Of a DNA stretch of 64,000 nucleotides, positions 58,543 to 64,000 are shown in pieces. Numbering within the stretch: the first letter of the stretch is position 1; each line of letters opens with the position of its first letter. The notes under the pieces were generated by a model, which saw only the letters and a list, made by a program, of their open reading frames with translations, was not told the origin of the DNA and did not search any database. Both the position numbers and the translations under genes were made by a program. Location of the stretch: NCBI GenBank assembly GCA_047602425.1, contig JASGHG010000001.1, positions 5,056,001 through 5,120,000 of the forward strand, read 5' to 3'. Source of the DNA: Nibricoccus sp. Lineage in GTDB: Bacteria; Verrucomicrobiota; Verrucomicrobiia; Opitutales; Opitutaceae.

Positions 58543-60984
58543 ATGTCCCTCCTTTCACGACTTCAGAGTCTGGCCCGACTCAAGCCTTCACCGCCGCGGC
58601 GCAAGACAGCCCAAGTCTCCGGCACCATGGAGTTTCTCGAGACCAGCCGTCTCGTGGCCGGCTTTATCTTCGTCGTCACTGTCGCGGCGATCGTGCTCAT
58701 CAGCTTCGTTGGCGTAAATACCGCCAGCCTGCCCGTTTTGCCGAACCAATACGCCACCGTCCGCATCGTGGCCAGTGCGCCTTTCAGCTACGAAAGCCTC
58801 GAGAAAAAACGCGTCGCGCTCGACCAGCTCAAAAACCGCGTTCCTCCTGTCTACCGGATCGAGCTCGAACCTTTGCACCAGTTCGAAACGCATTTGCGCG
58901 AACTTCTCGGCCAGCTCGAAAAAATCGAGTCCGAATATCCCGCCGCCAACGTTCCCTCGATCCCCCGCCAAAATGCGTTGGCCGAACTCTCCGAATCCTT
59001 CAACGCCCGGGGCGGCTACCGCACCAGCCCCGAAGATATTTCCGCGCTGCTCGCCGCCGGCGATGCCAAAGCCCGCTTCAACCTTGTCGAAAACGGCCTC
59101 GTTGCCCTCCGCGAAATCTACGCTCAAGGCGTCCAGGACGAACGCATCCTCGGAAACAATTCCGCGGCCGGTGCAGCGTCCACGTTCACCGTTTTCCAGG
59201 TTAAAAAACCCAGCGGCGAAATTGCTCAGCGCTCCGTCCAATCGCTGGAGGACGCCCTGACCTTTCTGCGCATCAACCTCGCCGCCGAAGGTAACGGCCG
59301 CGAAACCGCCCTCGCCCTGTTTCGCATTTTCCGCAATGGCGTGAAGCCGAACCTTTCCTATGATGGAAATGCCACGCGCGCCGCGCAAAATGACGCCGTC
59401 AAGAACTTCAAACCCATCACCGTCAGCGTCGATCAAGGCCAGACCATCATCGAACCCGGCACCCGCGTCACCGCCGAGCAATACGAAATGCTCGAAGCCC
59501 ACCGCGCCTACGTGCTGGAACACAAGGACACGCCTTTCAACGAGGGACTTCAGCTCTTCGGCCGCATCCTCCTCGTGCTCGCGATGGTCATGGCCAGCGC
59601 CATCTACATCCGCATGGAGGACCACGAAACCCTCCAAAGCAACGGACGCCTCGGCCTGCTCGCCCTCGTTGTCATCATCAATCTTGCGCTCGTTCGTTTC
59701 ACTTACTGGCTCGGCGGTCTCACATATTTCATGAGCGATACGACGGCGACCTCGCTTCTGCCCTACTGCGCGCCCACCGCGCTCGCCGCCATCATTGTCG
59801 CCATCCTGATCGACACGGGTTCGGCCATGTCGATGGCGCTCTTTATTTCGATTTTCACCAGCATCATTTACGGCCAGCGCGTCGATCTGCTCGTCCTCAC
59901 TTTCCTGGCATCGATGGTTGCCATCTCCAGCTGCCGTCAGATCCGCCGCCGCGGCAAAATCGTCAGTGCCGCCGGTCTCGGAGGTCTCACCGTCGCCGTT
60001 TTTGCCCTGCTGATTGGCTTTATCGATCAGTTCCCCTTCCTCACAATCGTCAAACAGATGATAGCAGGCCTCTCCACCGGCCTCGCCACTGGCGTGATCG
60101 TGGCCGGTTTGCTGCCCGTGCTCGAAGCCCTTTTCAAACGCACGACGGACATCACGCTGCTAGAGCTCACTGATTTCAACCATCCGATGCTCCGGCTCAT
60201 GCAGATGGAGGCGCCCGGCACCTACCATCATTCGCTCGTCGTCGCCCAGCTTTCTGAAAACGCCGCCAACGCCATCGGTGCCAATCCGCTCGTCGCTCGT
60301 GTTTGCGCCATGTTTCACGACATCGGCAAAACCAAGAAGCCCGAATACTTCACCGAAAATCAGCGCGACCGCCTCAACCCCCACGACGAAAACAATCCGT
60401 CTCTTTCCGCGCTCATCATCAAGGCCCATGTGAAGGACGGCGTCGATCTCGCCCTGAAGCACAAGCTCCCGCGCATGGTGATCGATGTCATCCAACAACA
60501 CCACGGCACCACGCTGATCCGGTATTTTTTCCAACGCGCCCTTCAGGAAAAACGCACCTCTTCCAACCTCGGTCAAGCCAACCCTGCGATTCTGCGCGTT
60601 CCCGCACCAGCCTCAACCGACAATCGCGATTCGCTCAGCGGCAATACCGCTCCCGGTCTCGATCCGGTGCGCCCGTGCGAGACGACCTATCGCTACGACG
60701 GTCCTCGCCCTCAATTCAAGGAAAGCGCCATCATCCACCTTGCGGACGCCGTGGAAGCCGCCTCGCGCTCCATGCGCAAGGTGACGCCGCAACACTTGGG
60801 CGAACTTATCGACCAGGTTTTCCATGAACGCATCGAAGACGGCCAGTTGGAGGAGGCGCCCATCACGTTCGAGGAGCTCAGCAAAATCAAAAGCAGCTTC
60901 ACCTTCACGCTGCTCAATATGCTCCACTCCCGCGTAAGTTACGCGCCGCCTGAGGAAGCAGCCAAAGCCCAGCCCGCAAGCTGA
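58543..60984 (+). CDS. 7TM-HD (HDIG) phosphodiesterase, PgpH-like
   Basis: Extracellular domain, multi-TM segment, APGTYHHS, HDIGK, QHHGT, LADAVEAASR. Confidence 0.92.
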   Translation: MSLLSRLQSLARLKPSPPRRKTAQVSGTMEFLETSRLVAGFIFVVTVAAIVLISFVGVNTASLPVLPNQYATVRIVASAPFSYESLEKKRVALDQLKNRVPPVYRIELEPLHQFETHLRELLGQLEKIESEYPAANVPSIPRQNALAELSESFNARGGYRTSPEDISALLAAGDAKARFNLVENGLVALREIYAQGVQDERILGNNSAAGAASTFTVFQVKKPSGEIAQRSVQSLEDALTFLRINLAAEGNGRETALALFRIFRNGVKPNLSYDGNATRAAQNDAVKNFKPITVSVDQGQTIIEPGTRVTAEQYEMLEAHRAYVLEHKDTPFNEGLQLFGRILLVLAMVMASAIYIRMEDHETLQSNGRLGLLALVVIINLALVRFTYWLGGLTYFMSDTTATSLLPYCAPTALAAIIVAILIDTGSAMSMALFISIFTSIIYGQRVDLLVLTFLASMVAISSCRQIRRRGKIVSAAGLGGLTVAVFALLIGFIDQFPFLTIVKQMIAGLSTGLATGVIVAGLLPVLEALFKRTTDITLLELTDFNHPMLRLMQMEAPGTYHHSLVVAQLSENAANAIGANPLVARVCAMFHDIGKTKKPEYFTENQRDRLNPHDENNPSLSALIIKAHVKDGVDLALKHKLPRMVIDVIQQHHGTTLIRYFFQRALQEKRTSSNLGQANPAILRVPAPASTDNRDSLSGNTAPGLDPVRPCETTYRYDGPRPQFKESAIIHLADAVEAASRSMRKVTPQHLGELIDQVFHERIEDGQLEEAPITFEELSKIKSSFTFTLLNMLHSRVSYAPPEEAAKAQPAS

Positions 60985-61022
60985 AGCCGCGAACCATTTC
61001 GAACCAGCCAGCCGCGAAGACC

Positions 61023-61367
61023 GTGATAAAGAAACTGCCCGGCGCAAAATTGCTCTTCGTCGCCGGACTGTTGTTTCTAAGCGCATGTTCGTCTCCAATT
61101 GCTTAAGGACCTGCGCAAAGAACATCGAACGACTTGCTCCCGGGAAAATGTATCGACTGCAGCAGACCCGGCAACGGTTCCTGCCGCAGTTGCGGCGGCA
61201 GCGGACGTCGTGAATGTTCCACATGCCATGGTTCCGGCAGGCGCACGTCAGCAAATGGCGAAGATCGCACCTGCTCAACCTGCAACGGAAGTGGTTGGTC
61301 AAAGTGTTATTCCTGCGAAGGGAGTGGTAGTTGTAGTTCGTGCGGAGGCAGCGGCACAAGTCGATAG
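61023..61367 (+). pseudogene. Lipoprotein with DnaJ-type CxxCxGxG zinc fingers, interrupted by in-frame TAA
   Basis: GTG 61023: MIKKLPGAKLLFVAGLLFLSA-C-SSPIA*(61104-61106)GPAQ...CRSCGGSG..CSTCHGSG..CSTCNGSG..CYSCEGSG.CSSCGGSG. Confidence 0.7.
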
Positions 61368-61479
61368 CCGTCGGTGCAGACGATCTGGAACGTGCGGGGA
61401 ATTCGGCCCTCGCCGAGATACGCTGTTGGCCTCACTATACGATTGATGACGATCATAAATCTGCCAACGTAGTGAAGAC

Positions 61480-62262
61480 ATGCGCGTCCCGCTCCACATT
61501 GTCGAAGCCCGTCGAGAACGCTTGCGTGAACTGATTCGCCGCGACGGCTTCCTACCCCTGGCCGATATCTGCCAACACTTCGAAATCTCTGAAGCCACTG
61601 CACGGCGCGACCTCGCGGCCATCGAGGCCGACGGCCATATCACGAGGACCTATGGAGGCGCCCTGGCCGACTACAACAGCTCCTTTGCCTCGCTCGGCGA
61701 GCGAACCAAGCGCGCCCGCTCCGCCAAGTCGCGCATCGCGCGCGCAGCCATCCGCCTTGTACCGCTTTCCGGAACCATTTTTCTCGACGCCGGCACCACC
61801 ACGCTGGCCTTGGGCCGGCTGCTCACACGCCGTAAAAATCACTCGATCACCGTCGTCACCAACAGTCTTGCCGTTGCATCGGTCCTCGGCGGCGCGCCAG
61901 GTATTTCGTTGCATCTTCTGGGAGGCATTTTCCTCAATCGGCAGGCCACGCTCTTCGGCGAACACGCTGTCACCGCACTATCCGGCTGGAAAATCGACGC
62001 CGCCTTTCTTGGCGCCGAGGCCATGAACGCCGAGGGCATTTGGAATTCTCACGAAGAAGTGGTTCGGCTGCAGCGCGCCGTCCTCAAGAAAGCCTCCCGG
62101 GCCTATTTCTGTATCGACGCCACCAAGCTCAACCGCAGCACGCCCCACCGCGTCGCCGCGTGGGACGAGGAATTTCGACTGATCAGCGACACTTCGCTCG
62201 ACGAGTTGCGCACCGCCGAAATTGCGATTCCCGAAACCCGATTGATCAACCCCGTAAACTAA
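61480..62262 (+). CDS. DeoR/GlpR regulator
   Basis: SEATARRDL...RTYGGA, FLDAGTTT, VVTNS. Confidence 0.93.
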   Translation: MRVPLHIVEARRERLRELIRRDGFLPLADICQHFEISEATARRDLAAIEADGHITRTYGGALADYNSSFASLGERTKRARSAKSRIARAAIRLVPLSGTIFLDAGTTTLALGRLLTRRKNHSITVVTNSLAVASVLGGAPGISLHLLGGIFLNRQATLFGEHAVTALSGWKIDAAFLGAEAMNAEGIWNSHEEVVRLQRAVLKKASRAYFCIDATKLNRSTPHRVAAWDEEFRLISDTSLDELRTAEIAIPETRLINPVN

Positions 62263-62329
62263 GCATTTTAAACCGTCGCAGCGGACCGGAGTTTTTTCCG
62301 ACAAAACGCGACCTCAAACCTCTTTTCTC

Positions 62330-63613
62330 ATGGACAACTATTGGCTCCACCCTCGCGAGGAACTCGTCGCCACCATGCAGCGGATTTACCGCTATCGCAT
62401 GACCACCACCTCAGGTGGTAATCTTTCCATTCTCGATCCTGACGGCAGCATCTGGATAACTCCGTCGCGCGTCGACAAGGGCGCCCTTACGCCGAATGAC
62501 ATCGTGCGCGTCCACGCCAACGGTAAACGCGAAGGCGCCCACCCTCCGTCGTCCGAATTCCCCTTCCACGCGGAAATCTACCGCCGTCGCCCGGACATCA
62601 AGGCCATCGTGCATGCCCATCCCGGCGCGCTGGTCGCTTTCTCCATTTGTCGCCAGATTCCGGATACACGCGTGCAATCGCACGTCCACGAAGTCTGCCG
62701 CAAGATCGCCCTCGCACCCTACGCCTGCCCTGGCACCCAGGCCCTCGGCGACAATATCGCAGCCACCTTCGCCGCGGGCGCCGACTGCGTGCTTCTCGAA
62801 AACCACGGCGTCGTCATCGGCGGTCGCGACCTGCGTGAGGCCTTCCAGCGTTTTGAAACACTCGAGTTCGCTGCACAAACCCTCATCCGCGCCGCCCAGC
62901 TTGGTTCTCTTCAGGTGTTGCCACCCGACGCCCTCGCCGTCGACACCGCTCCCAAATTCACCGACCTTCCGCCCGCCGAACCCAGCAACGAGGAAAAGGA
63001 CTTGCGCGGTCAAATCTGTCGCTTCCTCCACCGCGCTTATCAACAGCGCCTGCTCATCAGTACCGCCGGCGCTTTTTCCGCCCGCACCGCCAAGGACGAA
63101 TTTGTCATCACACCGCGCCGCCGCGACCGCCTCGAAGTCCAACCCGCCGGCCTCGTCCGGGTTCGTGGCAACGCCTGCACCGCGAGCCGCCAGCCCAGCC
63201 GCGCCGCCAAGCTTCACGCAGAAATTTACGCGCGTCACCCCGAAATCGGCGCGATCATCAATGCCCAGCCCGCGCACGCGTCCGCCTTCTGCATGACTGC
63301 CGCGCCGCTCAGCACCCGAACCATTCCTGAGAGCTACGTCGTCCTCAACGACGCACCACGCCTCCCGTTCCTCCGCATCGTCGAGGATGCCGCTCAGATC
63401 GCAGCCGCCCTTTCCATTCCCAAGACTCCTGTCGTGCTCATCGCCAACGAAGGCGCTGTCGTCGTCGGCCGGAATCTGCTCGAAGCCTTTGACCGGCTCG
63501 AAGTGCTCGAGGCCACTTCGGAAGCGTTGCTCCTCGCCCGCCCTCTCGGCCCGCTCGTTCCCATGCCCGAGTCTGCGATCAACGAGCTTCGCCAGGTTTT
63601 CAAGCTGCCCTAA
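62330..63613 (+). CDS. Tandem two-domain class II aldolase/adducin
   Basis: TTSGGNLS, PSSE..FH, VHAHP, LLENHG; second paralogous domain follows. Confidence 0.9.
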   Translation: MDNYWLHPREELVATMQRIYRYRMTTTSGGNLSILDPDGSIWITPSRVDKGALTPNDIVRVHANGKREGAHPPSSEFPFHAEIYRRRPDIKAIVHAHPGALVAFSICRQIPDTRVQSHVHEVCRKIALAPYACPGTQALGDNIAATFAAGADCVLLENHGVVIGGRDLREAFQRFETLEFAAQTLIRAAQLGSLQVLPPDALAVDTAPKFTDLPPAEPSNEEKDLRGQICRFLHRAYQQRLLISTAGAFSARTAKDEFVITPRRRDRLEVQPAGLVRVRGNACTASRQPSRAAKLHAEIYARHPEIGAIINAQPAHASAFCMTAAPLSTRTIPESYVVLNDAPRLPFLRIVEDAAQIAAALSIPKTPVVLIANEGAVVVGRNLLEAFDRLEVLEATSEALLLARPLGPLVPMPESAINELRQVFKLP

Positions 63614-63901
63614 AACGCCAGTCGCAGCCGTTCGCGCTTCTTCTTCGAAAGCGAACTCATTGCCAAACCACGCCTTCCCCCCACAAAGTTCGTCATCCAT
63701 TAGATGACAACCGGTTTTGCTCCTCGCATCGCAGCCAGCGCGAAAAAGCCAGTGGGCCTCGCCAAAAACGCCGCCACGACGCGATTCCGGCGGTTTTTAG
63801 GCGGGTTCTTGGTAAATCCTGCGTAAAAGCATAGGCTTGCGCGTGTCGTTCATCGCCAACAGGATGTCTGTCCGTTTTCTTACCTCAATAAAGGCCCAAC
63901 C

Positions 63902-64000
63902 ATGAGCGACGACCAGAAAAACTACGACATGAACGACCTGCTTGAGCTGGTCGTCGACCAAAACGCTTCCGACCTTCATTGTCAGGTGGGCCAGCCGCCG
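63902..64000 (+). CDS. pilT: Type IV pilus retraction ATPase PilT family (5' end only)
   Basis: MSDDQKNYDMNDLLELVVDQNASDLHCQVGQPP; ASDLH...PP motif. Confidence 0.8.
   Translation, partial: MSDDQKNYDMNDLLELVVDQNASDLHCQVGQPP

Noticed and set aside
61104..61106. Selenocysteine/pyrrolysine readthrough
   Set aside because: The stop is TAA, not TGA or TAG

Overview
GC-rich bacterial chromosome segment that looks like Verrucomicrobiota/Opitutaceae, judged by eye from gene content (C-terminally extended ECF sigmas, PATR-repeat passenger protein, GTAG/GTGG/GGAG palindromic repeats). The first ~4 kb is accessory DNA. It holds a Tse2-like ADP-ribosyltransferase plus Tsi2-like partner pair flanked by degenerate attC-like ends, an orphan 223-aa helical protein next to a ~20-unit degenerate 21-bp tandem array, and a REP mosaic with two tandem duplications. 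Next come a SEL1/coiled-coil protein, an ECF sigma, mpl, tRNA-Phe, a NemR-like TetR/RND/AKR/old-yellow-enzyme operon, lgt and pxpBCA. A pectin-related region follows (giant PL4 lyase, MocD/MocE-like oxygenase with TIM-barrel enzyme and AraC, second ECF sigma, PL11-CBM35 lyase, MFS). The rest is a frameshifted PolX/PHP gene, menC/menE/thioesterase, trpF, a DegT aminotransferase, NPP, acs, rho, dgkA, an OMP, hisF, HIT-phoH-HDIG, an interrupted Zn-finger lipoprotein gene, DeoR plus a double class II aldolase, and the start of pilT. All family calls are from motif recognition only; no searches were run.
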